A stretch of 64,000 bases of DNA from an uncultured Gammaproteobacteria bacterium (GTDB lineage: Bacteria > Patescibacteriota > Patescibacteriia > Magasanikbacterales > UBA10003). The notes beneath the pieces are model-generated. The model was not told where the DNA came from. It ran no database searches and worked only from the letters and a program-made list of their open reading frames with translations. A program made the position numbers and the translations under genes. The stretch is from contig CAYIOJ010000001.1 in NCBI GenBank assembly GCA_964365025.1, positions 42,475-106,474 on the forward strand. The letters run 5' to 3'. Of this stretch, positions 18,732 to 27,936 are shown piece by piece. How positions within the stretch are numbered: the first letter of the stretch is position 1; every line of letters starts with the position of its first letter.

Positions 18732-19775
18732 CTAAAAAGAACCGTCAAATTTCTTAACATATTCTTCCGTTGGTTGAATCTCCTTCATCTGCGTTTGATT
18801 TTTACCAAGCACTTCCCAAACGGCCGAAACAATCTGGCCAGCTTGCGGGTAGAAAAATTCTTCCAATTTGTAGCTGGTGGGAGACGGTGATTCTGCCAAA
18901 CTTATCCGTTTAATCGGCGCTCGTAAATAAGACATGGCCTCCTCGGCCACGGTAGCGGCAATTTCGCTGGCCAGGCCGCACATTAAATGACCAGTATCAG
19001 CCACTACCAAATGACCGGTTTTTGTGACTGATGTCAAAACAGTTTGCTTATCCCACGGCTTTAAAGATCGCAAATCAATAATTTCCGCCTTTATTCCTTT
19101 TTCCGCCAAAATGGCGGCGGCTTTCATTGCTTCCAAAACCATCTGAGATATAGCGACGATAGTAACATCATCGCCTGATCTCATTATTTTGGCCGATCCC
19201 AAAGGAATGGTGTAATACTCTGTCGGAACGTCGCCAATTTCTTTATGCAACCAACGATGTTCTATAAAAATCACCGGACATTTTTCTTTAAAACTAGACA
19301 ACAGTAAGCCTTTCGCGTCATAAGGAGTAACTGGCATGACTACTTTTAATCCGGGTATATGCACAAATAATGATTGCAAACTTTGTGAATGTTGCGGCCC
19401 CTGGCCCCAGCCGCGGCCGATGATCGCCCGTAAAATAATCGGCGCGGACATCCGACCGCCATAAGTATAGCTCCATTTAGCCGCGTGATTAACGATTTGA
19501 TCCATGGCCAAAAGCATAAAATCATCACGCGCATATACCAGCATAGGGTGCATCCCCATCACGGCCGCGCCCAGAACCACGCCAGTTAAAGCATTTTCAG
19601 ACAGCGGCGTATCTTCCACTCTTTTTGAACCAAACTTCAAAAAGGCCTCGCGAGTGGTATTAAAAATACCAGCGGCGTCATCGACTCCCTCGCCTAACAC
19701 AAAAATTTCCGGCTGTCTCTCCATGGCGAGAACAATTGCTTCGCTAACGGCTTGGGCATAGGTAATCTCACGCAT
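18732..19775 (-). CDS. 2-oxoacid/acetoin dehydrogenase E1 beta-like subunit
   Basis: GEGV, DTPLSE, QHSQ, PGLKVV.P.TPYDAKGLL, EHRWL, DLRSLKP. Confidence 0.9.
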   Translation of the reverse strand: MREITYAQAVSEAIVLAMERQPEIFVLGEGVDDAAGIFNTTREAFLKFGSKRVEDTPLSENALTGVVLGAAVMGMHPMLVYARDDFMLLAMDQIVNHAAKWSYTYGGRMSAPIILRAIIGRGWGQGPQHSQSLQSLFVHIPGLKVVMPVTPYDAKGLLLSSFKEKCPVIFIEHRWLHKEIGDVPTEYYTIPLGSAKIMRSGDDVTIVAISQMVLEAMKAAAILAEKGIKAEIIDLRSLKPWDKQTVLTSVTKTGHLVVADTGHLMCGLASEIAATVAEEAMSYLRAPIKRISLAESPSPTSYKLEEFFYPQAGQIVSAVWEVLGKNQTQMKEIQPTEEYVKKFDGSF

Positions 19776-19777
19776 AT

Positions 19778-20758
19778 CTAAACAGGATAAACAAATTTTA
19801 ATAAATCTTCTTGGCTGGGAAAAGGACTGTTTTTAGCAAAATTAACCGCCCCCTCAATCTCTTCTGACAAATCTTTGGTAATTTTATTCTTTTCGTCCAG
19901 AGAAAGGATTTGTTCACTCAAAAGATAATCCTCAAATGTTCTAACAGGACAATGCTTCATCCAGTCGCTAACTTCGCACGCCGGACGATGGCCATGCTCC
20001 TGGTCGCAATTAGGGCCAACATGCTCGCGCCAACGATAGGTGCGACACTCCAAAAGAGTCGGACCATTGCCAAAACGCGCCCGCGCTATCGCTTCCTGGC
20101 CTGCTTGATACACGGCCAAGACATCATTACCATCTACAGCCTGTCCGGGCATATTAAAGGCGGCGGCATGAGTAAAAATATCCATATTTTTGCGCCGCGC
20201 TTCCAGACGAGACAAAACCGCATAAAAATTATTTTCGCAAACAAAAACTATTGGTAAATTTTTTAAAGACGCGTAATTCAAGCTCTCAAAAAAAACGCCT
20301 TCGTCAGCTCCGCCATCGCCAAAAAAACTTATTGCCACTCTTTTTTCATCGCGTTTCTGGAAAGCTAACGCTGCTCCAGTTGCAATGGGAATAGTGCCGC
20401 CGACAATAGACGAAGCGGCTATAAAACCAGTCTGGGGAGCCGTCAAATGCATTGAACCGCCGATACCTCGGCTGCAACCAGTGACCTTGCCATAAAGTTC
20501 AGCCAGCATTTCTTTAATTGACCCGCCCATAGCCAAATAATGAGCATGACAGCGATGATGGCTGAAGACGGCGTCAGTCGGCCCCAAAAGTTGGCAAATC
20601 CCAGCGGCAATCGCTTCTTCGCCGATCGACAAATGAGTGGGACAACGCATCTCTTGTTCCGGATACAACTCAATAATCTTTTCGCTTACCAAACGGATCT
20701 TCAACATTCTATAATAAAGATCTTTTAAAATTTCCGGCAATACATTTTCAGCTTTCAT
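19778..20758 (-). CDS. 2-oxoacid/acetoin dehydrogenase E1 alpha-like subunit (ThDP-binding)
   Basis: HLSIGEEA, HRCH, GGSMH, FFGDG...ENN ThDP motif, TYRWREH. Confidence 0.9.
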   Translation of the reverse strand: MKAENVLPEILKDLYYRMLKIRLVSEKIIELYPEQEMRCPTHLSIGEEAIAAGICQLLGPTDAVFSHHRCHAHYLAMGGSIKEMLAELYGKVTGCSRGIGGSMHLTAPQTGFIAASSIVGGTIPIATGAALAFQKRDEKRVAISFFGDGGADEGVFFESLNYASLKNLPIVFVCENNFYAVLSRLEARRKNMDIFTHAAAFNMPGQAVDGNDVLAVYQAGQEAIARARFGNGPTLLECRTYRWREHVGPNCDQEHGHRPACEVSDWMKHCPVRTFEDYLLSEQILSLDEKNKITKDLSEEIEGAVNFAKNSPFPSQEDLLKFVYPV

Positions 20759-20761
20759 ATA

Positions 20762-21856
20762 TTAAATAAAATTAACGTGTTCGGGCGGTTGATTTTTGAG
20801 CTGCCACAAAAAGCGATTGACTTCGTCCATCCGGCAATTATTACGGCATTCGGTGATATTAAAATTATCCTTCAACAAAGCCCAATTATTTTTTCTTTTT
20901 TCTCCTTCCCAAATTTCAACAAACGATTGCTGGTTGATGTTGCCGCAGTTGAATCGTTCATCGCTTAAAAAAGCGCTGCAACTGTATAAATCTCCGTTAG
21001 CCATAAGATAGGCCCAGAAAAACGGCGTGGCATGGCAGATTTGGTAAGATTTTTCTTGCGCGTCCCACTTTTTCATGGTGCGATCGCGGAAGATGGCGCT
21101 AAATTTATCATCGGATATTTTTTTTAATTCTTCCGCCAATCCTAAAAATGATTCGTATTTAATGTCTTCATAGCGCTTAGTCAAACTAAAATGATGTTGC
21201 GAGTACGGTTTGACGACAAAATAATCTAAACCAATTTCTTTCAACAGATTAGCTAAAGCTACGACCTCGTGCTTATTTTCTGGCAATAAAATCATCTGCG
21301 CTCCCAGTGTGCAATTAAGGCCTCCGGCCCTTTTGATTTCTACAGCTCTTTTCAAATTTTGAATCACGCGATGGAAATCATCCGATTGAGCGCGGTGGAT
21401 TTGTTGATATGTCTCGGGTGAGCCGGCATTTAAACTAACCTTAATCCAGGTGATTGAAGACAGAGCTTTTTGTAAAAATTTCTCTGAAAGCAGAACGCCA
21501 TTAGTTGTGTAGGAGACATCAATGCCGGAGGACTTCGCGTGATTGGTTAACTCAATAATTTGCGGATGCAACAAGGGTTCGCCTTCTCCGCCAAACATGA
21601 CGCTTTTGACTTTTTTCTCGCCCATTTGCGTCAAAGCGGATGTTAATTTTTCCGTATTTAAAAATACCGGTTTGTAGCCAATATAATCCACGGCGCAAAA
21701 AACACAACGATGATTGCAGGCGCCGGAAGGCGAAATTTCAATATAGATAGGATAAACTTTTTTGGCCTTTTCCCAGTCATCGCCGGCTTGCAGCCATTCA
21801 GCTACGCGCTCCGGATGATAAACTATTTTTTGGTTGTCTATACCGTATTTATCCAT
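20762..21856 (-). CDS. Radical SAM / SPASM-twitch domain protein (first gene of the 21-kb operon)
   Basis: CNHRCVFC, GGEGEPLLH; C-terminal CHATPF...YSC...GNI...CRNNC; ends HVNFI. Confidence 0.9.
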   Translation of the reverse strand: MDKYGIDNQKIVYHPERVAEWLQAGDDWEKAKKVYPIYIEISPSGACNHRCVFCAVDYIGYKPVFLNTEKLTSALTQMGEKKVKSVMFGGEGEPLLHPQIIELTNHAKSSGIDVSYTTNGVLLSEKFLQKALSSITWIKVSLNAGSPETYQQIHRAQSDDFHRVIQNLKRAVEIKRAGGLNCTLGAQMILLPENKHEVVALANLLKEIGLDYFVVKPYSQHHFSLTKRYEDIKYESFLGLAEELKKISDDKFSAIFRDRTMKKWDAQEKSYQICHATPFFWAYLMANGDLYSCSAFLSDERFNCGNINQQSFVEIWEGEKRKNNWALLKDNFNITECRNNCRMDEVNRFLWQLKNQPPEHVNFI

Positions 21857-21881
21857 AATTTTAAACTTAAACTACCATCAT

Positions 21882-21910
21882 AATTTATCAAAAAATAGTA
21901 ATTATGTCAA
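21882..21910 (-). promoter_or_regulatory. Sigma70-type promoter for the 21856->746 operon
   Basis: Minus strand TTGACA-17 bp-TAAATT with extended TG. Confidence 0.65.
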
Positions 21911-21919
21911 AATTCCGCC

Positions 21920-21973
21920 AAAAAAAAGTGCCCGACGGATTAGTTCTTTTTTTGAGAACATCCGCAAGGCACT
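21920..21973 (-). terminator. Terminator closing the HD/Nudix/EamA/HAD islet
   Basis: Interrupted stem AGTGCC/GGCACT, CGGAT/ATCCG, GTTCT/AGAAC, followed on the minus strand by a T run. Confidence 0.65.
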
Positions 21974-21994
21974 GATAAGTTGTTTTATATGGCT

Positions 21995-22690
21995 CTAACT
22001 AAGGTTTTCAATCAGGGCGGGAACATTGATTTCCCGCCAGTCAAAAAAGACGCGACAGGCGCCTGCATCAACAAGAGCGCCGACAGTTGAACCGCGAATG
22101 ACGACTGGCATGCCGACGGCCTTGGAGCCGGCAGCAATAGCGGCCTGCACGCCGCGAGGTGAATCCTCAAAGACGAGCTGTTGGCGCGGATCGATTCCCA
22201 TGATCGAGGCCGTTTTCAGGAAAACATCAGGCGCCGGTTTGAGCCGCTTAACATGCTCACGAAGAATGATGCTGTCCCTTCCGAAATGGTCCAAAAGGCC
22301 AGACCCTTCCAGAAGCCGCCCCGCCTCCTGTTCTGGCGTGAGCGAGCCAATGGAGACGGAGATATTCAAGCCACGGACAGTTTTCAGGAAGCCGAAGAAT
22401 CCTGGCCTAGCAGAAATCGCCGTACCCGCAAGGTTCTCTCTGTAGTAATGCTCCGTGCGTTGACGAATATAATCTGACGATATTGACTTCTGCTGTTCAG
22501 CATTCAACAGATTCCAGATGTCCACGTGGACATCTGGCCCGCCAATGAAACGAGGAAGTCTAACCAAGGCCTCTTCATACGAAAGATCGATTCCGACCTC
22601 CTTTGCTGAAGCAAGGTGCGCGGCATGATGAGCCGCCTCAACATCAACGACAGTACCTTCTAGGTCAAAAGCGATGCCACGAATTAACAT
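21995..22690 (-). CDS. HAD-superfamily phosphatase, subfamily IA (beta-PGM/CbbY-like) with DxE motif I
   Basis: AFDLEGT, KPAPD, VFEDSPRG. Confidence 0.8.
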   Translation of the reverse strand: MLIRGIAFDLEGTVVDVEAAHHAAHLASAKEVGIDLSYEEALVRLPRFIGGPDVHVDIWNLLNAEQQKSISSDYIRQRTEHYYRENLAGTAISARPGFFGFLKTVRGLNISVSIGSLTPEQEAGRLLEGSGLLDHFGRDSIILREHVKRLKPAPDVFLKTASIMGIDPRQQLVFEDSPRGVQAAIAAGSKAVGMPVVIRGSTVGALVDAGACRVFFDWREINVPALIENLS

Positions 22691-22694
22691 GGTA

Positions 22695-23579
22695 CTACTC
22701 TCCTTTCTTGAGGGCGAGCCAAAGACTCGACCCTACGATGAGGGTTCCGCCGATCACTACTTGTGTCGTCAGTGGTTCGCGCAGGATCAAAAACGCGTAC
22801 ACGATCGCAAAGACCGGTTCACTCTTCCCAAGAATTGAAACGTGCAGTGAACGCGTCTTGCTGATTCCGTAGTTGTGGATTCCGGAAGCAACGACAGCAA
22901 AGGCCAGGCCGAAACCGATGAGTGGAATGACGTCAGAACTCTGCAACTCTCCCAGTTTCATCCAAGGCGTGACGGCAAGGAGGAGCACGGTGCTCATCGC
23001 ATACCGCCAGAAGTTTACCGCGCTGATCGTAATGCCCCTATCTGGATTGAGAATCGTGCGATAAAGCACGATGAGAAAAGCGTAAAAAAGTCCGGAAATC
23101 ACGCCGAGCGTAATTCCCACTAGATGGGATTTCTCACCACTCGTTCCGAGCTGATTGCTGTAGAGCGCCACAATGCCCGCAAGAGAAACAACGAGCGCCA
23201 CCCATTCATCTTTACGCGTACGCTCACGTAGTAGAAGCGGTGCGAGAATCAAAAGAAAAATCGAAACCGATTGATGTGCTACTGCCGCGTTCGCCACCGA
23301 TGTCATGGTGAACGCGAAAAAGTAACACAAGTCGTTCATGGTTGCTGTTACAGCAAGCGTGGCAAGAAGAATGTAATCGCGTTTCGTAAGGCGGGGCATT
23401 CCCTGGAGGCGGGCAATGATAAAAAAACTTATCATGCCGACCACCTGAAATATGCCCAGAAATGTGAGAGGAGAAATCTGCGGGCAGAGCCGCAAAAAAA
23501 GTGAGTATGACCCAAATATCGCCATAGCAACTAGTACGAGTAGGTCACCGGAAAATGTCCGCTTGGTTTCCATGGCCAA
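22695..23579 (-). CDS. EamA/DMT-family transporter
   Basis: Ten TM helices in two repeats, LLLRE and SEPVFA motifs. Probable ATG start at 23573 after an AGAAAGGAAG SD. Confidence 0.85.
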   Translation of the reverse strand: MAMETKRTFSGDLLVLVAMAIFGSYSLFLRLCPQISPLTFLGIFQVVGMISFFIIARLQGMPRLTKRDYILLATLAVTATMNDLCYFFAFTMTSVANAAVAHQSVSIFLLILAPLLLRERTRKDEWVALVVSLAGIVALYSNQLGTSGEKSHLVGITLGVISGLFYAFLIVLYRTILNPDRGITISAVNFWRYAMSTVLLLAVTPWMKLGELQSSDVIPLIGFGLAFAVVASGIHNYGISKTRSLHVSILGKSEPVFAIVYAFLILREPLTTQVVIGGTLIVGSSLWLALKKGE

Positions 23580-23617
23580 CTTCCTTTCTAACTAAAATGT
23601 CAAAGAGCCATCGTTAC

Positions 23618-23646
23618 TTTATAGCACAATCATATCTGAACGTCAA
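23618..23646 (-). promoter_or_regulatory. Sigma70-type promoter for EamA-HAD
   Basis: Minus strand TTGACG-17 bp-TATAAA with extended TG. Confidence 0.65.
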
Positions 23647-23648
23647 GT

Positions 23649-23678
23649 AAAAAAACCGCCTTGAGTTATTCAAAGCGG
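23649..23678 (-). terminator. Terminator after the Nudix-like gene
   Basis: Stem CCGC-TTGA/TCAA-GCGG, followed by T7 on the minus strand. Confidence 0.6.
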
Positions 23679-23697
23679 CAGGGACTGTCTTTTGGTT

Positions 23698-24459
23698 TTA
23701 ATGGACCGAAACGCCAAAGTCTCCAAATCTGGCTCGGGCAACCAAGTAGAGAGACAGCGGCGTGACCGGACCATACTTGTCCCTCTCACAAAACATGACC
23801 TGGATAACATTGTTAGGAGTAAGTTGGAAGGGCAAAACCTCGCCTTCCCACTTGTCTTCGGCCTTCTCCCAACTGACCTTGAGTTCACCAATGGTTTCCT
23901 TAAGGGAAACCATGACGACCAGTGTATGGTGGTACTTGGCCGCTGGCGGGCTAACTTGGACCAACCCAAGCACCTTGAGCTGGGAGAATCCTACAGTTAC
24001 CCCAAACTCTTCCAGCATTTCTTGGACGATGTGGTGGAAAAAACGAGGATGAGGGGGCGTACAGCCCGGCACCCTAATTCCGCCTCCGACAGTGGCGGCA
24101 ATGGAGGCCACTGGCGCCTGCAAAGCCACAAAGCCATCAGAAGTGATTGGTATCATAGCCACGCCCAACCAACCCAGCACCATCCCTTGCTTGTAGTCAG
24201 ATGACACAACATCAAGAAGCAATCTTGCGCCATCATCAGAAAATTGGAAACCATCCAATCTCACGGTCGCGCCTGCAAAAGCCTTGGGATTCTTTGCGAG
24301 GACATCTTGCCAAGACGCCTCAATCCTGGCTTGCTGATTAGGGTCAATGAGAGTTGCTCCCCCTTTTTCAGTAAAGACGACATCATCTATCGAAAACGAT
24401 CTGTCAACAAGTATCTGCACCAGCGGATCACTGAACCGCAGCGTCGTTTCAGCATACAC
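23698..24459 (-). CDS. Hypothetical protein with degenerate Nudix-like motif
   Basis: GGAGG SD with GTG start; VPG...QEMLEEFG resembles the RExxEExG half of the Nudix box; DKWE near the C-terminus. Confidence 0.5.
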   Translation of the reverse strand: MYAETTLRFSDPLVQILVDRSFSIDDVVFTEKGGATLIDPNQQARIEASWQDVLAKNPKAFAGATVRLDGFQFSDDGARLLLDVVSSDYKQGMVLGWLGVAMIPITSDGFVALQAPVASIAATVGGGIRVPGCTPPHPRFFHHIVQEMLEEFGVTVGFSQLKVLGLVQVSPPAAKYHHTLVVMVSLKETIGELKVSWEKAEDKWEGEVLPFQLTPNNVIQVMFCERDKYGPVTPLSLYLVARARFGDFGVSVH

Positions 24460-24469
24460 GGGACACCTC

Positions 24470-25093
24470 CTAATTGATCACTTGTGAAAACATGCCAAGC
24501 CCGAACTCTTTATAGCTAACGAAATCATGCCTGGCAATGTCTCTAGCCACGCCGGTCAGGAAAAAGCCGGGTTTGTCAATATTTTCGGCCCACTTTTGCA
24601 GATGTGCTTCCACTTGCTCGCATCTGGTCCAACCCTTATTCCCAGCCGTGACCACGAGATGCACTGGCGCTCTATAACGCCAGAGTTTGTCAGCGTCACG
24701 CACCAAGGCATCTTCCATAGCGTAAAAGCCCTGACGAGTGTCGTGCTGAGCGATAATGGTAAGAATGGCGCCGATACAGGCCGGGCTGTAATTGACCGAA
24801 CACAGAATCTTTAGCGCCAAATCCAGAGCATAGATTTGATGCTCCAAGCGCGCCGTATACTCCGCCTCTTTACTCGGCGGATTGTAGGCGATGAGGAGCT
24901 TGTCGGCCGGCATCATGCTCCAACCAATATCGTGGAACATAATGGCCGGAACCACAATTCGCGCCTTGGCCGAAGGGATTCGCGCCAAAAGCCGCAGGGC
25001 ATAACCAGTAGCAATGGCCGCGTGTCCCGTGTCGTTGCGCTTGTCTTGATACGGCAGAGCCAATTTCCAGATTTGTGCGAATTTTGTTTTCAC
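24470..25093 (-). CDS. HD-domain metal-dependent phosphohydrolase
   Basis: H...FHDIG...QHD...DADKL; GGAGG SD with GTG start. Confidence 0.75.
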   Translation of the reverse strand: MKTKFAQIWKLALPYQDKRNDTGHAAIATGYALRLLARIPSAKARIVVPAIMFHDIGWSMMPADKLLIAYNPPSKEAEYTARLEHQIYALDLALKILCSVNYSPACIGAILTIIAQHDTRQGFYAMEDALVRDADKLWRYRAPVHLVVTAGNKGWTRCEQVEAHLQKWAENIDKPGFFLTGVARDIARHDFVSYKEFGLGMFSQVIN

Positions 25094-25155
25094 TTACGCC
25101 TCCTGTGCGTTGAATTGATAAGGTGCAATGCTAAAATTAAGCCTACTAAAAATAC

Positions 25156-25181
25156 AAAAAAAGTCAAGACGCGGCTTGACT
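25156..25181 (-). terminator. Terminator after the heptose/B12-rSAM unit
   Basis: AGTCAAG/CTTGACT 7-bp stem, followed by a T run on the minus strand. Confidence 0.5.
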
Positions 25182-25214
25182 ATGCGCTATCCACCCTATG
25201 GTGAATAAAGCACT

Positions 25215-26648
25215 TTATTTATCTTCTGTGCTAGAAAAAATATTTTTGGACTTGAACAATTTAGGGAAGAAAGTCTGCAAACCGAAATAAATATCCAAAA
25301 ACAAAGTTTTATTTTTAAGAGACAACCACACTCTTCTTAAAAGATAACGCGGATTAAAATAAAAATTTTGATAATACTTTTCTAATATCTCATGTGACAA
25401 GTTGGGATGATTGTAAATATCACCGGCCTGATGAAGGTTGTAAAGACGCCAGTCGCGACTCTTAATCAACCCCTGACTCTCACATTGAGAGTACAACTCC
25501 GTGCCTGGGAAAGGAACGGTGATGGTAACTTTGGCATAATCCGGTACCAAATCCAAGGCCAGTTTAGTGGTCTTCTTCAAACTTTCTTCGGAATCAGCCG
25601 GCAAACCAAACATGAAAAAGCCAATACTTTCCAGTCCCGCCTTTCTGACCAGCTTCATAGCGGCATAACTATCTTCAACTTTAATATTTTTGCAAATGGA
25701 ATCCAGACTGGCCTGATCACCGGATTCAAATCCAATTGATACTTGATATAGCCCCGCCCGCTTGGCTAAATTGAGAAACTCCAAATCCATTGAATCAACT
25801 CGCAATCCGGCCGACAGTGTCCATGGAAATTTCAAATTTCTTTGAATTATCAGTTCACAAATTTTTTTCGCCCTCGCCATATCTGTAGTGAACATATCAT
25901 CAAGAATACGGATCTCCCTTATGCCGCAATTTAACATATATTCAATTTCATCTACCGCCAACTCAACCGAACGGGCGCGAAAACGCCGGCCAAAAATATT
26001 TTTGTTACAAAAAGTACAGCCAAAAACGCAGCCGCGACTGCTCATATAATTACACATCGGACTCAAACGATTTAAAACGCGCGGACATTTATATCTTTTT
26101 AGGTCAAACAAATCCAACGCTGGGAATGGCAGCCAATTCAAATCGTTAGTCGGAAAACGCGGCGGGGTGTTTAAAATTTGTCCTTCTTCTTTATAATAAA
26201 TACCGGCAACTTCTTTTAATGGCTTTTCTTTTAAAATATCAACCAGTGTCAGTTCACCCTCGCCATAAATTAAAATTTCAAAATGAGAATCTCGCAATGT
26301 TTCAACGGGTAGTGCGGTGGCATGTGGTCCGCCAATAATCAATTTTGTTCTATTGCCCAAGTGATCTTTAATAATTTTACTTAAAGTGACGGCTTCAAAA
26401 AAAAGCGGGGTGGTGGCGGTTAAGCCAATAAATCGCGGATTATATTCGTCCAATTTTTTGTGCAAAAGCCGATATGGATTAAGCTCAATGCCTAAATCAA
26501 TAATTTTAACCTTAAATCTTTCTTTACGCGCCGCCGCGGCGAGATAAGCAAAAGACAACAAAGGATAATTTTGCGTCGCGGCATTAATCCTGGTGCCGGA
26601 ATAGGAAGAAAAAGCCGATGGTAAGTTGATCAATAATAAATCCACCAT
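25215..26648 (-). CDS. Cobalamin-binding radical SAM protein (putative class B methyltransferase)
   Basis: IIGGPHAT, YGEGE, SRGCVFGCTFC, GFESG, FMFGLP, PFPGT. Confidence 0.9.
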   Translation of the reverse strand: MVDLLLINLPSAFSSYSGTRINAATQNYPLLSFAYLAAAARKERFKVKIIDLGIELNPYRLLHKKLDEYNPRFIGLTATTPLFFEAVTLSKIIKDHLGNRTKLIIGGPHATALPVETLRDSHFEILIYGEGELTLVDILKEKPLKEVAGIYYKEEGQILNTPPRFPTNDLNWLPFPALDLFDLKRYKCPRVLNRLSPMCNYMSSRGCVFGCTFCNKNIFGRRFRARSVELAVDEIEYMLNCGIREIRILDDMFTTDMARAKKICELIIQRNLKFPWTLSAGLRVDSMDLEFLNLAKRAGLYQVSIGFESGDQASLDSICKNIKVEDSYAAMKLVRKAGLESIGFFMFGLPADSEESLKKTTKLALDLVPDYAKVTITVPFPGTELYSQCESQGLIKSRDWRLYNLHQAGDIYNHPNLSHEILEKYYQNFYFNPRYLLRRVWLSLKNKTLFLDIYFGLQTFFPKLFKSKNIFSSTEDK

Positions 26649-26650
26649 AT

Positions 26651-27286
26651 TTAATCAGTTCTAATTTCACCTTCTATTTTATCAACTGCGGCTGAAAAAA
26701 CATCCACAGCCGCATATTTATTATTAGTCAGTGATAAAACCTTAACCTTTTCAAATTCATTAATATATTTTTCGTCTTTTATAATAATTCCACAACCGCC
26801 GGCATTAACGCCCATTGCAGCATCATCAAAACGATTGCCAATGGCAAAAATACGATGTTGCGTGTAATCAATACCAAGCTCCTTGGCTGCTTTATCTAAC
26901 ATCCCTATGCTGGGCTTACGCAAAGACGTGGCGTCCTTGACCACCCAAGGCGTGTTTAAATCTAGGCCTTGTTTAGAGGCCCAATCAAAATCAACAAAAG
27001 GGCAAATTTGCCAATTATCAATAATAGCGCCAGCGGCGCGCAATAATTTATCAATTTCCTTGTTAATATCCAAAATCGTTTCTAAACTAAAATAGCCGCG
27101 AGCCACTCCAAACTGATTGCTCGCGACTATGACTTTGGCGAAAAGATTTAACCTTTTAATTCCCTCAACCACCCCGTCTAACAATCGCAATTGTTTGTGC
27201 CAATCCGGGTCGCGGCCAAACCAGCCGGGATCAAAATTAATCGTGCCGTCGCGATCCAAAATCACCAAAATTTTGTTCCGCAACAT
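26651..27286 (-). CDS. gmhB: D-glycero-D-manno-heptose-1,7-bisphosphate phosphatase-like (HAD IIIA)
   Basis: LDRDGTIN, SNQ.GVARG, RKPSIGM; adjacent to gmhA. Confidence 0.75.
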   Translation of the reverse strand: MLRNKILVILDRDGTINFDPGWFGRDPDWHKQLRLLDGVVEGIKRLNLFAKVIVASNQFGVARGYFSLETILDINKEIDKLLRAAGAIIDNWQICPFVDFDWASKQGLDLNTPWVVKDATSLRKPSIGMLDKAAKELGIDYTQHRIFAIGNRFDDAAMGVNAGGCGIIIKDEKYINEFEKVKVLSLTNNKYAAVDVFSAAVDKIEGEIRTD

Positions 27287-27294
27287 AGATAAAT

Positions 27295-27924
27295 TTAAAC
27301 AAGATTATTAAGCGGGCCGCCGCCATTTCTTTCATTGGTGGTGATAAATTGATTTCTATAAAAAACAATCTGCTCCAAAATGCAATCGCAAATAAGCAAA
27401 TGAGTGGATTCAACTTTATTAAAATGCTTGCTCGCCACGTGAAAATTAAGATTACCGACTTTGCGCAAACGATTGGTCGGTTCAAAACCGGAAAAAGTAA
27501 TAATATGACAACCGCAACGACGCGCTTCTTCTGTTGCCAAGACAATATTTTCGGAATTTCCTGACGAACTTATGGCCACTAAAACATCACCGGCATCGGC
27601 AAACATATTGATTGGTCTAGCGAAGACATGGCTGTAACCAAAATCATTACTAACGCAAGTCAAAAGCGCGTCGTCGCTAAAACTAACGCCTCTAACTTTT
27701 CCGGTAAACCAAAAATCCAAGGCCTTGTGATTAGCCACCGCGGCGCTGCCGCCATTGCCGATAAAAATCACCTTTTTCCCTTTGGAATTGGAAGAAATTA
27801 TTAAATCGGTGGCCTCGCGAATACCCAGACGAAAATCCATGGTTTGGCTGTTCAAGTCAGTAACTTGAGTGCCTAAAAATAAATCATGAATGTTCTGTAT
27901 GTAATTATGCACTAATTCATCCAT
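27295..27924 (-). CDS. gmhA: Phosphoheptose isomerase (SIS domain)
   Basis: GNGGSAA, NDFGY, AISSSGNS.N, VE..H. Confidence 0.8.
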   Translation of the reverse strand: MDELVHNYIQNIHDLFLGTQVTDLNSQTMDFRLGIREATDLIISSNSKGKKVIFIGNGGSAAVANHKALDFWFTGKVRGVSFSDDALLTCVSNDFGYSHVFARPINMFADAGDVLVAISSSGNSENIVLATEEARRCGCHIITFSGFEPTNRLRKVGNLNFHVASKHFNKVESTHLLICDCILEQIVFYRNQFITTNERNGGGPLNNLV

Positions 27925-27936
27925 ACTAGATAAAAA

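Noticed and set aside
18732-20758. Housekeeping pyruvate dehydrogenase (pdhA/pdhB) call
   Set aside because: No E2/E3 adjacent and the pair is embedded in a glycan operon, so gene symbols were withheld
7971-21856. RiPP cluster interpretation of the SPASM rSAMs
   Set aside because: No precursor peptide gene, RRE-like N-terminal extension, peptidase or exporter is visible, and the genes abut with no room for a precursor
23692-24204. 170-aa plus-strand ORF
   Set aside because: Lies antisense to the Nudix-like gene, which has an SD, a terminator and operon context
21900-25214. Insertion sequence or prophage boundaries around the islet
   Set aside because: No transposase, integrase, terminal inverted repeats or target-site duplication could be found by eye
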